From contig OX638159.1 of the NCBI GenBank assembly GCA_951804945.1, positions 65,844,001 through 65,908,000 of the forward strand: DNA of 64,000 nucleotides. Direction: 5' to 3'. The notes beneath the pieces are model-generated. The model had not been told where the DNA came from and did not search any database. It saw only the letters and a list, made by a program, of their open reading frames with translations. The translations under genes were made by a program, and so were the position numbers. Positions 1 to 13,575 of the stretch are shown in pieces. Every line of letters begins with the position of its first letter. Position 1 is the first letter of the stretch. This DNA is from Podarcis cretensis (taxonomy: Eukaryota).

Positions 1-896
1 ATTGTTGATATTAGTAATTTATAATTAAAAAAAACTTCCCTGTTTGTTGGGAAGTTGCAAAGGTGTTGCTTGAAAACACATGTTGCTCTTTGTAATACCT
101 TGCCTGGGACTCTCCACATGGACATCATCCCCTTCCCAACAGCATATGCTCTTAGGGAGGTGTCCAGTGAAACAGATCTGCTAGCGTAGGGCATTTGGGC
201 TGTGCAACAGAACTGCCCCTCCCTCCCTCCCTCGCCTCCCCCCTCCCACACTGTAAATCTATTCTGGAGCAGATGGGTGTGTGTGGGGGGGTGTAGAGTG
301 ATGAGTGGTGGTAGAAGTTGCATTGAGCAAGCAGAAATTCTTGCACTAGTGGATCTGCTTCTTTGGATGCAGTCCTTGGTCTACTTAAAGAGGTGGCGAT
401 TCCTTGCAAATGTGAAAGCTTAGGTACAAAATAAGGGGCAGGGATGATCTCAGGGGGAGAAAGGGGTCTGTCAGGACTGTGAACTTGGGTTTTAAAAGAA
501 GGGGAGCAATCTACTGCGGCTCAGGCTACCATGTAGTGGTGTCCTTTGTCAGAGGTAACTTTAAGTTGTGCCTTGAGATTTGGCTGGAGGAACATCTTGC
601 AGTCAAGCCCAGCAGGCTTTGACCTCTAGTGGCCGAAATGCATCTCTGCAGTTGTCTGTGCTAAGGCTGGCGGCCAGGGAGAGGCTGGTCACCCTCCTCC
701 TGTCTGGGGGATCCCAGGAGATCCTCCTCTTGGTCTGGCTTGACCTGCAGCTGAAAGGTGGTTGCGATTCAGATCAAAACAGGGACAAGGCAGTCAGTTG
801 GGAAGCAATCAGAATGGACATTTTAAAAAAGGCGAAGGTGTGGGTCCAGTTTCCCCGCAGCTGCTTATGCGTTGTGCCTCTTTTCCTCCTTTGCAG

Positions 897-1014
897 CGAG
901 ATCAGCCGCCTGGACCTGGGCTTGATTGTGGAAGTATGGAACAAAGGGCTGATCTGGGACACAATGGTTGGGACAGCGTGGATCGAGCTGAAGGCCATCC
1001 GGCAGTCGGATGAG
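897..1014 (+). CDS. UNC13B: UNC13B internal exon, C2A domain (118 nt)
   Basis: Pyrimidine tract + ttgcag acceptor (891-896), GAG|gtcagt donor; encodes (F)[39 protein letters not shown], near-identical to vertebrate Munc13-2 C2A as I recall it. Confidence 0.97.
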
Positions 1015-1701
1015 GTCAGTAGACCTTCAGAGCCAAGAGTAGACCTCTTCAGCCCCCCTGGGACTTCTGGGGTGTTTGGGGTGGCGGTGAAGAAATGGCG
1101 AAGAGCTTTCCTTGTGCCGTTTGGTTGCGTCTGTCTAGTATCCAGCATGGTGTTGGATCACAGTTCCCATCATCCCTGAGTGGCTGGGCTGGGCTGATGG
1201 GAGTTGGAGTCTTTCTGGCCTCTCTCTTCTTCCTCATCTGTACTGAAGCAAAGGCTAGCATGGACTGCTCATGCGACCCAGCCAGGAGATGGAAATGTTG
1301 CATACTTTTCCACGCAGCCTTGTGGCAAGATCCAGAAATTATGGAATCCTTTTCTAAAGCTCCCCTCACCCCTTGACTTCAGTCACAACTGATCCAGGCA
1401 GAACGACCACTTAAGGCATGCAAGGAAAAGTAATCTTACACCACACTCTGAACTGTCTTCTAAGGATATAAGTAGAAACGCTGCTGTTCTTTTTTTTTTT
1501 TTTTAAAGAAAGGCCTGTGAATTAAAGCAGACCTCTTGGTTCTTCTTCTCAGAGCCCATTTAGGCCTAGAGGGTTTCTGTTGACTGCAGAGGATGGTTTG
1601 TCTCAAGCTTTGAGTCTGCAGGTGAAAGCCGTTTTGTAATTCTGCCACAGCAAATGAGCAGGATTTTGTTCAGCGGCACACGGCTTGTTCTCTACAGTAT
1701 A

Positions 1702-1967
1702 TGTTAAGTTGTGGGTTGACATAGCAGACGACACAGCGATTTCTCCAAGTAGCTCTTTATTTTGTAAGCTGGAATAGAACTGCCTGCAAACAGCTCAGCC
1801 GGCCTGCTTTTATAGGCAGCCGGCTGTCAACATTGTAGCAACAACAGCCCAGCGTTTCCCGCCTAAAATAGCTGACGTGGACCTGAGTGAAAACTATCTA
1901 CAGACCTGAGTGAAAACTATATACAGTATCCCCCTGCTGGCCCAGGGTGAAACTTCACTACATAACA
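1702..1967 (-). mobile_element. Solo LTR with 5-bp target-site duplication
   Basis: Ends TGTTA...TAACA; GTATA duplicated at 1697-1701 and 1968-1972; on the - strand TATAAAA (1808-1814) lies upstream of AATAAA (1756-1761); internal 23-bp tandem duplication at ~1880-1925. Confidence 0.75.
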
Positions 1968-2426
1968 GTATACATATTTTGTTTTTAATAGATGATTTAC
2001 TGCTTTGGGGGCGTTTGGACTTCCAAAAAGCAGCAGTAAATAAACGGTAGCAGCAACAGCACTCCGGTGGTCTCTTTGACGTATTCTGTAGATGCTTGAA
2101 TTCCTCCAAAAGTTCAGACCATTTCCTGATGTGGTTTGGAGTTGCCATATCAATTCCCTCTTGCAGGGGTAGGGGGGACCTAGTCAGACAGTTTTGCAAA
2201 TTGATTTGATGTATTTTTAAAGTTTTTAATTTTACATTTATTTTTTGTATGTGGCCACAGTTTTTTGTGATGTGTGTTTTATAAATTATCTAAATGCATG
2301 TTGTTGTGCCTTTCAACATTTGGGGCCTGCTGCATATGGGGCGATAAAATAACAGACGTGAGAAAAGTGGGAAGATGGATGGGGAGATATTTCTGGTGAA
2401 GTTGCTGATGCCCTTTCTCTTTCCAG

Positions 2427-2550
2427 GAGGGCCCTGGGGAGTGGTCTACCCTGGAAGCCGAGGTCTTGATGAAGGGTCATGAGGTCTGTGGCACCAAAAA
2501 CCCAACACCTCATCAGATTTTGTTGGATACAAGATTTGAGTTGCCTTTCG
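2427..2550 (+). CDS. UNC13B: UNC13B internal exon, C2A domain C-terminal part (124 nt)
   Basis: ttccag acceptor, G|gtgagt donor; [41 protein letters not shown](D); phases 0/1 fit neighbours. Confidence 0.97.
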
Positions 2551-4218
2551 GTGAGTGCAAATGACTTTCTGCTGTCCTCCATCATCCTCTGTGAAACTCA
2601 AAGACTCGTCTTCCTTCTTGCTGCCCTGATGTGGGTCCACCGTGAGGGTTTTTTCTTAGTGGTGGTTTCCTTCCAGGAGTTCGCTCCAATTAAATCAGGC
2701 TTACGGTGCTGTATATGGGAGGACAATTTTGGAGCCCTGAGGTTTTCTTGCAACACAGCATTTCCCATAAGTGGGGAAGGGGGGAGTGCTTATTTCACAT
2801 TGCCTAGCAACCAGTAATCTTTATTCAGAGTCATCAGACTGCTGAATGCAACTAAGGAAACTTGAAGGTCCTTTAGTCCAGCCCCTATTATACAGTTTCT
2901 GAATTTCTTCGTAAAGTATTATTGGTAATTCTGAACGGAGTATTTTGCAAATATTGCAAGTAACAGTAGTGTGCTTTTTGAGGAGGGCCAGTCCACTCTT
3001 TTCCTATTTGGGGGTTTGCCTGTGTCTGTGGTGGGGGTGGGGCCTTTCAGCAAGCTTTGAGATGGAGAGAGGGCACAATTTGGCTTGTGGTGCTTCTGGG
3101 GAGCAATCCCCTCTGCGGCCGTTGTAATCCCCCCCCCCAAATACCCACTTCAGGGCCCAAACTGCAGGCCAAGAAATGCACCCCCCAAAGCAGCCTCGCT
3201 GAGGCGCCACCTGGGATGCCCGTTTTAATGGACTATTTCTTTGTACAGTGTAACGGCTGTTGCCACACAGGCATAGTTTGGCTCAAAAATGATTCCTTTA
3301 GTGGGACATTCCTCGCCTCTTAGCTGTTCAGAATGGTGCACAAGTTGTAAATAGTCTGAATTGTGTGCCTCCCTCTCCAGGAAAGGTTTCTGCTGTTGTA
3401 GTGGAGCCATATCTTCCAAGAACATACAATGATGCTTTTCAGATACTATTATAATTTCATACTTGAAGAAATAGGAGAAGGCTACTCCTGCTTAAGGAGT
3501 TTGAGAACCGGTGAATGCCGCGGTGGGCTCTCCGGGACAAAAAGCAGGACCCTTTCCAGCCTCAGCATCCCAGGGCCATGTGCCTTCCGTGGTTCCTGGC
3601 AGTGCATGAATGATGTGCTGCTCTCAGGATAAAGATTGCATCAGTGTCGAAGGAGCTTTAGTGTTGTGGGTCCCACCTCGCTCACTGTCCTTCATTTTAA
3701 CTTTGAGTATGAGATCACTTCTCTCTCTACAGCAATATCCCACCATTCCCCCCCCCGGGGGGGGGAGAGATATATTTAGAAATCTTGTGTTTCATTTCCC
3801 AGGTGAAAGCGCTCCTCTCCTATGTGATAAAATGGACTTGGAAGAAGCGGTATACCTGTGTGTTTGGTTCAGCATGTTTATATTCATGGAGCGAGCTTTG
3901 GGTTCAGATGGCTTAAAAAGCTCTCCCACAAGCCATTTCCAAAGTTGCTCAAGGCTTTCATTGATGACATAGAGAATATAATGACCTGGTGTGGAGCTAT
4001 TGCATGTTTGTGGTGGTGTTTGCGAAATGAATCGTCTTATCTCAGATAAGGTGCCCAGAAGCATGCTATGAGAATGGCTCCCTGAAGCCAGGATGTGACA
4101 GGCTCTTGGCAGTCCCCTGCCGCTCTGCCTGGGACACGTCTGAAGACGAGGTTTCCATCCCTTTTTTGAAGCAGAGTTCTTGACTGTGTCGTTGGGCATG
4201 TCAGAAGCTAGCTCTGTT

Positions 4219-4283
4219 CTGGCTGGGGCTGGTGGGAGTTGTAGTCCAACAGATCTGGAGACCTCCATGTTGGGGATGACTGA
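4219..4283. mobile_element. Fragment of short hAT-type MITE
   Basis: GGGAGTTGTAGTCCAACA motif shared with the full copy at 43068-43205. Confidence 0.55.
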
Positions 4284-5280
4284 GTTAGAGGCACTTTGGT
4301 TAATGGGGACGGGGTGACGTTTCGGAGCTCTGCGCAGTCCCAAACCTCCTTGGGGTACCTGCAGAGTGCAATAGGTCTCTCCTGGCCCAGCACTCTGCTT
4401 CCAACTTAACCTGCCAGAGTTTTCTGGGAGATTTTCCAGGCACGCTTGGTTCCATCACCCGCTTGAGGCACAGGCATGCATCCCCTTGGGCCATGGATTT
4501 TGTCTTCTCCTCTTTTCATCTCCAGCCTCCCTGCCTTTCCTTTCCCCCCTTAATCAGAGCTCCAAACATTCTGGAATTGGGAAAGCCAGCAAGAGACTTA
4601 ACTTTTATGTCGCTGGATTTGTGATGTTTTCCGGGGTTTCCATTCAAGGAGACCTCTGGGCCACAGCTGTTTTTCTGCCTTGCCTCTGCAGTCGGTTGTG
4701 CTTTGCCGCCTCCTGTTTCTCAGTCTGATCTGAAAAGTGGGGAAAGTATGAAACATTAATTGAACCTAATTAGCGCTTGTTGACACCGTGCCTGCTGTTG
4801 CTGCCGCCCTCATTGTTCTGACCCTCCTCTGCCTCCACCCTTGGCCAGGAAGTCATGCTCCTCCTTCCCCTTGGCTCTTGGCAGTGTGCACCTGCCTCAC
4901 CTGCTGACACAGCTCCGTTTCTGTCATCTGACTGTGCAGCTCGCAAGGGTCTGTCCACCATTCCTTCTGTTCTCAATGAGCCCAAGAAAGCCGTGTTGTT
5001 TTTACAGCTGTGTGTGTGGTTTTTGTTTCTATTCTGCATTGAACCAGCATCCCTGGTCATGTGCTGTTCTGCGTAAGCATGCTCTGAATTTAAAAGTACA
5101 TGCCTGGCCCTATGGATGTTCTGGGACGCCCGATGCTGTGGCATTGTTGAGGGTGGGCAGCTGTGGAATTGGGTGGGAAGCTTCTGGCGCCCCCATGTCG
5201 GAGCAGAATATGCATATAATACAATATATTTTGGGGAACGGGGATGGGAGCAGGCGCCTGCTTATTCTGCTGTCTTGCAG

Positions 5281-5354
5281 ACATCCCGGAAGAGGAAGCC
5301 AAATACTGGACTCAGAAGTTAAAGCAGATAAACTCCTTGGAGGAAGATGATGAG
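5281..5354 (+). CDS. UNC13B: UNC13B internal exon (74 nt)
   Basis: cttgcag acceptor, GAG|gtgggt donor; (D)IPEEEAKYWTQKLKQINSLEEDDE matches the Munc13 DIPEEEARYW motif. Confidence 0.96.
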
Positions 5355-5691
5355 GTGGGTATGCTTTGCTCTGCTGTGCTCCATGCACACTCCTGCCTTG
5401 GGACCTCTTGCTGGAGTCTGGCCAAATGCCCATAGGGGGTTTCTGGGGAACTGGATAAGGTCAGATGGTATACCCGGCTCTGGATTGCACAATTTGTGAT
5501 TTCAGCCGGGTGCTCCTATGCTGGAAAGCTGCCCATGGAGCAGACATTCCTACAGGCAGGAGGAAGGCTAGTCTAGGACTGTTCTTCCCCATGCCTAGCA
5601 GGCCAGGTGCCAGGGAGAATTGGCTGCCCTTTCTGGTGGGGGGTGAGAGCATTTGTTCATTTACAGGAGAGGATATCGGACGTGGCAAGCG

Positions 5692-5872
5692 AGTGGCCTC
5701 AGTCCAGCATACCTGAAGGAGTGTCTCCACCCCCAGCCTGGACACTGAGGTCCATCTCCCGAGGGCCTTCTGGCGGTTCCCTCCCTGCAAGAAGGGAGGT
5801 TGCAGGGAACCAGGCAGAGGGCCTTCTCGGTGGTGGCACCCGCCCTGTGGAACACCCTCCCACCCTGCCAGC
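5692..5872 (+). mobile_element. L2-clade LINE 3' fragment
   Basis: Encodes RAFSVVAPALWNTLP, the typical L2-clade ORF2 C-terminal motif; similar copies at ~12955, ~39765 and ~47160. Confidence 0.7.
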
Positions 5873-6772
5873 TGTGCAGGCTGACTTTCCATTGCACCAT
5901 TGTATAATGCAAGACGAGCCACCACTTTTGAAAGCGACGGGCTAACTGAAGGCATTCTTTGGTTCTGCAGTTATTTATTAGAAATACAGGGGAAGAAGGG
6001 GGGGGGGGAGGTAACCAAGACCCCAAGGGAAACTCCCGTTTAGCAACGAAAGAAAAGCCCACTGAATCCGGGGGCTGCATTGGCTAAGAAGAAATCTGAA
6101 GTTGGTGCTTCATCTCTGCAGAGTGCATGCATGCAGGTGGGAGAGGGGGGGCAGGATTTCTGCCTGTTGTACAGCTCTCCAGGCCATTGGTCTTCTATTG
6201 GTGGGTTGGGACCCATTGCCAAGAAGTGGCCTGATCTAAGGTGGGGCACAGCAAATGCAGAAGGAAATGGCTCCCCCAAGGCACCTGTGGGTTTAAGGTT
6301 GGTCCCTGGGTCTGAGAAGGCGGAAGACCCGCCCTCAATACTTCCTTGCATTTTTATTTAATTTAAACCATTTATGTTCTGCCTACCCAAAGCGCAGGGC
6401 GGTTCACAGCAAAGATTAAAACAGTATAAAAACTGTACAACAAAGTTTGGCACCACCAGAGTCCCAGTTCCTGCTCATTCATTTCTGTTTCATTTCCAGT
6501 CCTGTTCCAAATCTAGGCAGGGCTGCACAGGAGAAATCAAACTCAGATTGCAAACACTTGGGGGGGGGAAGTGTTTGGGGCTTTGTAGCAACCAAGGGGG
6601 ACTCTGGAGCAGGTGCCTGGAAGCTTTGGCGTGAAACAGGGCAAATGTTTCTTTGGGAGAGGGGAGTGTTTGATGTCATGGAAGAGGAGAAAAGTGCCCC
6701 TAAATGAGATAGCCCCTGTCTGCTGAAAATCGTTCTACTGCATTCCTCATCTCTCCTCATTTCCCCCCTTAG

Positions 6773-6830
6773 CATTCGTTTGCGGAAGAGGTCCAGAAGC
6801 AGCCGCTGCCCACTGCTGCCTCCCAGTGTT
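6773..6830 (+). CDS. UNC13B: UNC13B internal exon (58 nt)
   Basis: cccttag acceptor, T|gtaagt donor; HSFAEEVQKQPLPTAASQC corresponds to mammalian ...QRKPLPTAAAQC. Confidence 0.93.
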
Positions 6831-8688
6831 GTAAGTGAGAAATGTTCAGTCGCTCCGTATTTCCGTCCTTCACTAGGTTGTCGTGCTTTGCTTTCTTTCT
6901 GCAGTAGAACAAAGTGTGTTTGCTGAGCTGTCAGTACTTCAGAACCCTGGCAGTAATGATCCCTGTGCCAGCCCTGTCTGTCTGGGTCTCTCTTGGTGGT
7001 TGCATTCAGACATGGTGTTCGCCTGTCCTTCATTCTGTGGTTTGGAGAGTGCGATGTCTCAGTGCAGCCCGCTGGGTTCAAGGGGGCCTGTGGGGCAGAG
7101 GCAGAAGCCTCCCTTGCCAAGCCCTTTCCTTGCTGCCAGGAGCATTCTTGGCCTTGCAAGTCTGGTCAGGCTGAAGCCCCGGCTGGCCACTGCAGGGCCC
7201 CCCCTGTGTAGCATGGCAATGGCAGCCGAAGTGGACTGCCTCCTAGAACAGTCGCTCTCTTGCTCAAAAAACTGGGCCCCTTGGGCCAGGGGTCTTTCAG
7301 TGTGTGGACAAGACTGAGTTTTCTGGTGGAAATGGGAGCATAACATCCAAAATAAATAACCACCTTCTGCATGCAAAGCGGGAAGCGTTCTAGGGGCCTT
7401 GATTCTGCATCAGCAAAAGTGGCCTGGTTCATGCTTCTCTGTAGCCCAGCATGGAATAAACGATGGTTTGCCATGACTGAGAACCCATGCTCAGCCCTGC
7501 CTGCTTCACTCTGCCCCCAACTGGAGCGCAGAAGCGAGACTGCCTGTCTTACCATTGATGTATGAAGCAGCACTTGCGGGATATTTTCCTCCAAATCACA
7601 ACTGTAAGCCAAGCTTTGCTCGCTGCTCATTTGAGATAAGCCACCGTTTGTTTCTAACTGTGGGTCACTGTCAGATGCTTCCATTGTCAAGCCAGGAGCT
7701 CCAAGTGTCAACGACGGCTCCTTCTGCAGGCCAGGGTGCCCCTATTCCCAGCCCTTCCCCATGCCCTGGGGAGATGTGGGCCTGTGGGGATCTCAGCTGC
7801 TGCAACTCCTCCTGCCAAGTGGATGCAGGGCGTAGGAAGGGGCGAGGGCAGTTCTGTTGCTTTTGTTAAACGCTAGCAAAGAAAACGGAACAGATCCAGC
7901 TTTCTCTTCCTAAGTGGTGTGCCAGTCTCCAAGGCTTTGTATATCTGAACTGCTCTCCTCCGTTGAAACCTGGTAAGACTTGGTATTTAGAGTATTACAT
8001 GTTGCCGGTTGCTTATCCACTAGGCTGATTAGAGGCTCTCTTCAAGAAGGTTAACATTAGGAATTGTTAATTACCCTGTTGCTGGACAAGCAAATTAAAT
8101 ATCTAGTAGCTTAATTACTTTTCTAATATCACTGAGTGGCATTGTATAAACTCATTATTTAAATATTTATTAAATTTTTATGCCACTTAATAGGAATGAA
8201 AAATTCTAAGTTGTTTACATAGAAACTTTACAAAAGCAAGTATTTGTGTGGGGAGATCCCCCCCCCCCTTTTAACTGACTTGGATTGCACAGGATTTGGA
8301 GAAGGACATTGACTTAATTGCATATTAAAGCCCATGTGCGACTGAGCAGAAGAGACAAAGGGTTTGCAGTCCACTGCATTAGTGCAACTGAGCTGCACAG
8401 CTCTAAGCCCTGCAGGGCTGGAGATCATCCTCACTAGGCCTAAGGATGGCAAGTGGGCACAGCACCAAGCTTCGCAGTTCATTACAAAGGCCCATCCAGT
8501 TGTGCGCCGGGCTCTCCGCAGCCACCGCGAAAGGCCTGCATGATGGAACAGGGAGTCGGGGGAGATGCTCTGGTTGACTGCAACTCCCATCATTCCTTGG
8601 CTGAGACTGATGGAGAAGCCCAGACTAAGAGGGGTGTATGTGTTTTAGTTTCTTTACATTAAAAGCCATGGTCACAAAATATTCCCTA

Positions 8689-8938
8689 TACAGCCATACC
8701 TCGGGTTGAGGTTGCTTCAGGTTGATCGCTTTCGGGTTGCGCTCAGTGGCGACCCGGAAGTAACAGAATGCGTTACTTCCAGGTTTCGCCGCTTGCGCGT
8801 GCTCAGATGCTCAAAATGACGTCACGCGCATGCGCGGAAGTGGCAAATTGTGACCCGCGCAGACGCGGGTTGTGTTCGCTTCTGGATGCGAAGGGGGCTC
8901 CAGAACGGATCCCATTTGTATCCAAAGCTACCACTGTA
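8689..8938. mobile_element. Tigger/pogo-like (Tc1-mariner superfamily) MITE
   Basis: TA|CAG..ATACCTCGG left end and CCAAAGCTACCACTG|TA right end (imperfect TIR, TA TSD); CpG-rich, internally palindromic. Confidence 0.7.
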
Positions 8939-9094
8939 TTTTTGAGCATGGAAATGCACCTCCTAATGTCAGTAAATATCAAATTACAGAATTATAGAGT
9001 TGGAAGGAACCCTGAGGGTCATCTAGTCAAAGCCCCTGCCATGCAGGAATCTCAACTAGGACATACAAGCCCTTCCGTCACTTGGAAGATGGAG

Positions 9095-9335
9095 TAAGCT
9101 TGTTTTCTGCTGCACTGGAGGGTAGGACTCGAACCCATGGCTTCAGGTTACTCTGACCGTAAGAGCTGCTAGAAGGGACCCCCTCCAGAGGTGGTGGACT
9201 CTTCTTCCTTGGAGGTTTTTAAGCAGAAGTTAGATGGCCATTTGTCCTGGATGCTTTAGTTGAGATTCCTGCATTGCAGTGGGATAGACTGGATGACCTT
9301 TGGAAGTCCCTTCCAACGCCACGATTCTATGATTT
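9095..9335 (+). mobile_element. CR1 LINE 3' fragment
   Basis: GGTGGTGGACTC..CCTTGGAGGTTTTTAAGCAGA..CCCTTCCAAC..ATTCTATGAT, the CR1 3' end signature. Confidence 0.75.
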
Positions 9336-12300
9336 TTCATTAGATATGATTAAATTGAATTCTTTTTCCCATTTTGGTTTTATCAAATGTCCGCCATTAT
9401 CATCTGCTTCTAGTAAAAAGTTAAATATTTTAAATAGCTGGCCTATTTGTTGCTTAGATGTTGGAATTTTCTCAAATCGTTCAAATTTAATTTTTTGAAA
9501 ATGCACCACTCCGTATGGGGGCCCTGCCAACGCTACAGTTCTATGGTTCTGTGATCTGGCACAACCATTCCTTGAACTGTGAAGTCTTTGGATGTTGTCT
9601 GCTGCTTTTTCTCCAGGAGGAATCCTCAGGCTGAGGTCTTGAGGCCTCTCTTAGCACCCGGAAGAATTTCCTCCCTAGCCAGTAGGAGGACATTGAGCAA
9701 CTGCTCTGTCCACGCTGGCCGTTTGCAACATGATAAATGCATCGTGCAATGATAAGTGAAATGTCATGCTTGCACTTTCTCTAAATAAGCTTAGCAGAAG
9801 GCTTTGCGGGAGCAACAACAGGGCCAGGGCAGGAAGGAAGGGCAGCTCACTGCGGCTGCAGGAAACGGGCAGGGCTGCTGCAGAGGAGCCGTGAGGGCCC
9901 AGGAAACTGACCTCACATGTCGCTTGGAAGGTCCGATGCTCTCTGAAGCGGCTAATGCGCAGGATCTTTATTTTCGGTTTTGGAGCTGATTTTTAAAATA
10001 GCTGTTCAGTGGTAAAAAAACATCCTGCTGTGTGAATAGTCTTAATCTTATATAAAAAGAAGAAGTTGGAAACATCTTGTTAGAAAATCGCTTCTGTTTG
10101 CCAGAGAGAGAAGAGGCCAACTGGCAGATTGCAAAGCAACTTCATGTTTTTTGCTCTAGGTTTAAAATACCTATTTTTGAAAGTTCTGTTTCTCACCGAA
10201 GCAGGTGCTGGCTTATGTGCAGAACGCTCCCAAGATCTTCCAGAGGGACGTGCGCATGTTGGGTTTCACCCTCAGAATTCAAGGGGCTTCCTCCCTCCTC
10301 AAATGGGAAAGGTGCAGGCAGCAGCAGCAGCCTCTGCTAACCCACAACCCAGGGTGCCCTCACCTCTTTGAGTGTACAGCACACATTTCAACATATTCTG
10401 TTCATGGACTCATCAGACCAGTAGTAGTGGCAGCACATGTTTGAGGCCTTTATTATTATAATTACTATATATTTATTTATACACCTCCTTTTTCTCTGAC
10501 TCAAGGTGGCTTCCTGATAAAAATAAGAGCAGCTAAAATCATAGGGAAGAAAGCATTTCAAACAATGAAACACTGGTAGAATTAAAACTATATATATTGC
10601 TACATGCCACCCCAATCTCCAAGCAGTGCCAGATTCTGGAGGTTCCAGGCGCTTCCCCAGGGCTCAGTTTCCTCCAAATGAGGGACAGCAGAGACTGGGG
10701 CGGGGGGGGGGGAGTGTCTTTAGGATATATGGTTTATTTACACATATATGCGACCTGAGGCTTTGATGTTGGGGCTTGCCACATTAGTAGAATCATAGAA
10801 TTGTAGATCCAAGAGGGTTCTGCTTCTCCCGTAGACATAGCCTTGGATTCCAGCAGAAACCAAGCATGTCTCTCTCTCCCAGGCTTCAGCCTCCAGCCTC
10901 TCCTAGCTTTGAGCTCACATGTACCTCAGCTCTGGCTTTTGTCCTCCTAACTACCGGCGAGTTTGGGAGGGGCCCCCACGCATTTGTGCTCTGGCACAGA
11001 GCCACTTCCTTTGTTCCCTTTATGACTCATACTTAGGGGCTCCTTAACTGGAAGCTGGCCTGGCTACTTCAGCTGAATCCTTGCTGGATCCAGGAATCCG
11101 AAGGGACTCAGGCATACGCTCCCCCCTCAACATTATATATAAAGCATATGGAAGCAGTCCTTTCCCCCAAAGCCTGCTGGAAGAAGAAAATCTACACTTG
11201 CCGGTGGAAGGAGAAGTCTAATGTCTCTAGGGAGGGAATTCCAAAGTCTTTGCAGATTTACCCCAGTGGAGGAACCTGAGAGGGATGTGGAAGGGCTAAG
11301 GAAAAACAGGGGGTCTTCCTCCCCTTGCCCCACGTCATTTCCTAGAGGTTCTTGCAAGTGACCCTTCTCGAATCTAATGGGATGAACGGTTCTAGCAGCT
11401 TGAATCCCTCTGCAGCTCATACTGCTTTGTTGATTTGCTACTAGGCTTGTGTTTGCAGTGGCTCAGCCTATTTGCCTTTGCATCCAAGCTCACCATCCAT
11501 GTGTCAGAGAACTGGCAAACTTCTCTCAAGAGTGCGCAGGCTCCCTGCACCAGCAGAAGTTGGTCCAAGGAGTGGTCTTCAGGAGCACCATGAAGCACAT
11601 AGCCTTTACTAAATTAAATATACATGTATACACTTTGGACAGTGGTAACATGTGAGTGCTCTTGGTGCTTGCCTCAGGAAAAGCTGTTTACACAGGGGCT
11701 TGTCCATGATCTTCGGTTGCTCTGAGTTTGCCAATGCACTGGCTGTCAGAACCGCTTAGCATTTTTGAAGGCTGGGATTTCCAATCCGTGCTTGTTTCTG
11801 GAGGTGTCAACTTCCATTATAATCTGCAGTGAGTCATCTTCCCACTCTTGCAGGCTTGTCTTCTCCACTCAGTTCTTCACAACACAAAAATGGTGCAGAA
11901 AGATGCTCAGAGCCTCTGAACTTGGTTTCTGCGCTCCTGACTTTTGAGACTCCAGATAGTGGCTGCGTTGAAACTGCCTTTTGAAAACTGGGTGGCCAGT
12001 GGCATGGCATGGAGTTGCCATCATCTGTACCTGCTGTGGCCAGGAACTGCTCTGATCCTTCTTCAACAGCACAGATGTAGCAGCTGGAAGACCACCTGGT
12101 GTGGAACGTATCAGAATTTGACGGACGAAACCTCCTGCTTCTGATGTTAGGAAAATGTGATATCCCAGTATTGAAGGCCAATATTTAGACTGTGCTCAGC
12201 AAAGGATTTGTCATCTGTGGGAATGTATCTTTGCACAAACCGTGAATCTTCAGATTCCAACACAGAGAGCCAAAGACGCTGCTGCTGAGTGATGTTCCAT

Positions 12301-12954
12301 GGTCCCAAATGGTGTAACTGTTTGGAGAAGAATATATAGAACAAATAAGTGCCACTCCCCCCACATCTGTGTGCCAAATGAAGTCTCTGTGGTTGGATAA
12401 TAAAGTGGAGAGTCCAATATTTGTAGAGACAGATGGCACCTCCGTTCCTTGTTATGAAAGACACGGCCATCTGGTTGTCATGGAGAAGGCTAACAATGCC
12501 TGCTGCACTCAGATACCGTTTGCCCGGGGGCTCCCATGGCAGCCAGGTAATGCCTTTCACTTCCAGGAGCACATCAATAGTTCAGGTGTCGCCCAACCCA
12601 GCCTTGGGAAGTCTGGGCTGGATGCAGTCCATCACTGAAGAATCCTTGGGAGGTCCTCTCCCAGCCGCCTTTTGTCCGGGGGGAAAAGGGCTTCTGAGGC
12701 AGCCCATTTTATTGCAGTGGGATAGATAGGCAATATTGGCCATGGTGGTTTGTTTCTTGGCTGTTTCTTCAGTTCTTCCAGTGAGAGGTAGGCATTCTTC
12801 CACTTCTGCAGACAGATGGTAGATTTCTTGTTACTTTGCTGCTCATTATTAGATTTTTACCCCACCCTCCCTTCCAAAAGAGCCCAGGGATGCAGACAAC
12901 AAATAAGGCAAAAATAATACAGATGTTTGGAAGTTTTTTAAATCATCAAGTATC

Positions 12955-13159
12955 CCTGTGGAACACCCTCCCATCAGATGTCAAGGAGATGAGTAACTAT
13001 ATAGCATGTAGGAAACACCTGAAGGCAGCCCTGCACAGGGAAGCTTTTTAAGGTTTAATGTTTTATTATGTTTTTATATATGCTGGAATCCGCCCTGAGT
13101 GACTGGGGCAACCCAGTCAGATAGGCAGGGTGCAAATAATAAAATTATTATTATTATTA
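12955..13159 (+). mobile_element. L2-clade LINE 3' end with (TTA)n tail
   Basis: CCCTGTGGAACACCCTCCC..CGCCCTGAGTGACTGGGGCAACCCAGTCAGAT..(TTA)n. Confidence 0.7.
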
Positions 13160-13189
13160 GAACATCCTTCTTAAAAACATCAAATATGA

Positions 13190-13575
13190 TAAAGGGCCTG
13201 GAAACCAAGGCCTTATGAGGAACGGTTGAGGGAACTGGGAACCTTTAGCTTGGGGAAGAGACAGCCGAGGAGTGATCAGATAGCCATCTTCCAATATCTG
13301 AAGGTCTGTTACATGGAAGATGGAACAAGCTTGTTTTCTGCTGCTCCAGAGGGGAGGACCTGAACCAGTGGATTCAAATGACAAGACAGGATATCCTAAC
13401 TAAACCTTTTGAAGAACTTTCTGACAGTAAGAGCCGTTCCACAGGAGCCGCTACTGAGAAGGCCCTGCAGTGCTTCCGAATACCAGTGGCTAGAGGAGGG
13501 CTCTTGCGCTCAGGTCTTGATTGTGCATTTTGCGCAGGGCAGGCCTGATCCAGCAGGCTCTTCTTCTGTTCTTGT
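13190..13575 (+). mobile_element. CR1 fragments (ORF2 C-terminus and 3' tail)
   Basis: Degenerate LRELGTFSL..KNFLTVRAV coding remnant, then GGCCTGATCCAGCAGGCTCTTCTT tail. Confidence 0.65.

Noticed and set aside
580-1179. 199-aa ORF and similar ORFs spanning true exons (18484, 25283, 38492, 39110)
   Set aside because: Only the spliced cores are Munc13-like; the flanks are intron read-through.
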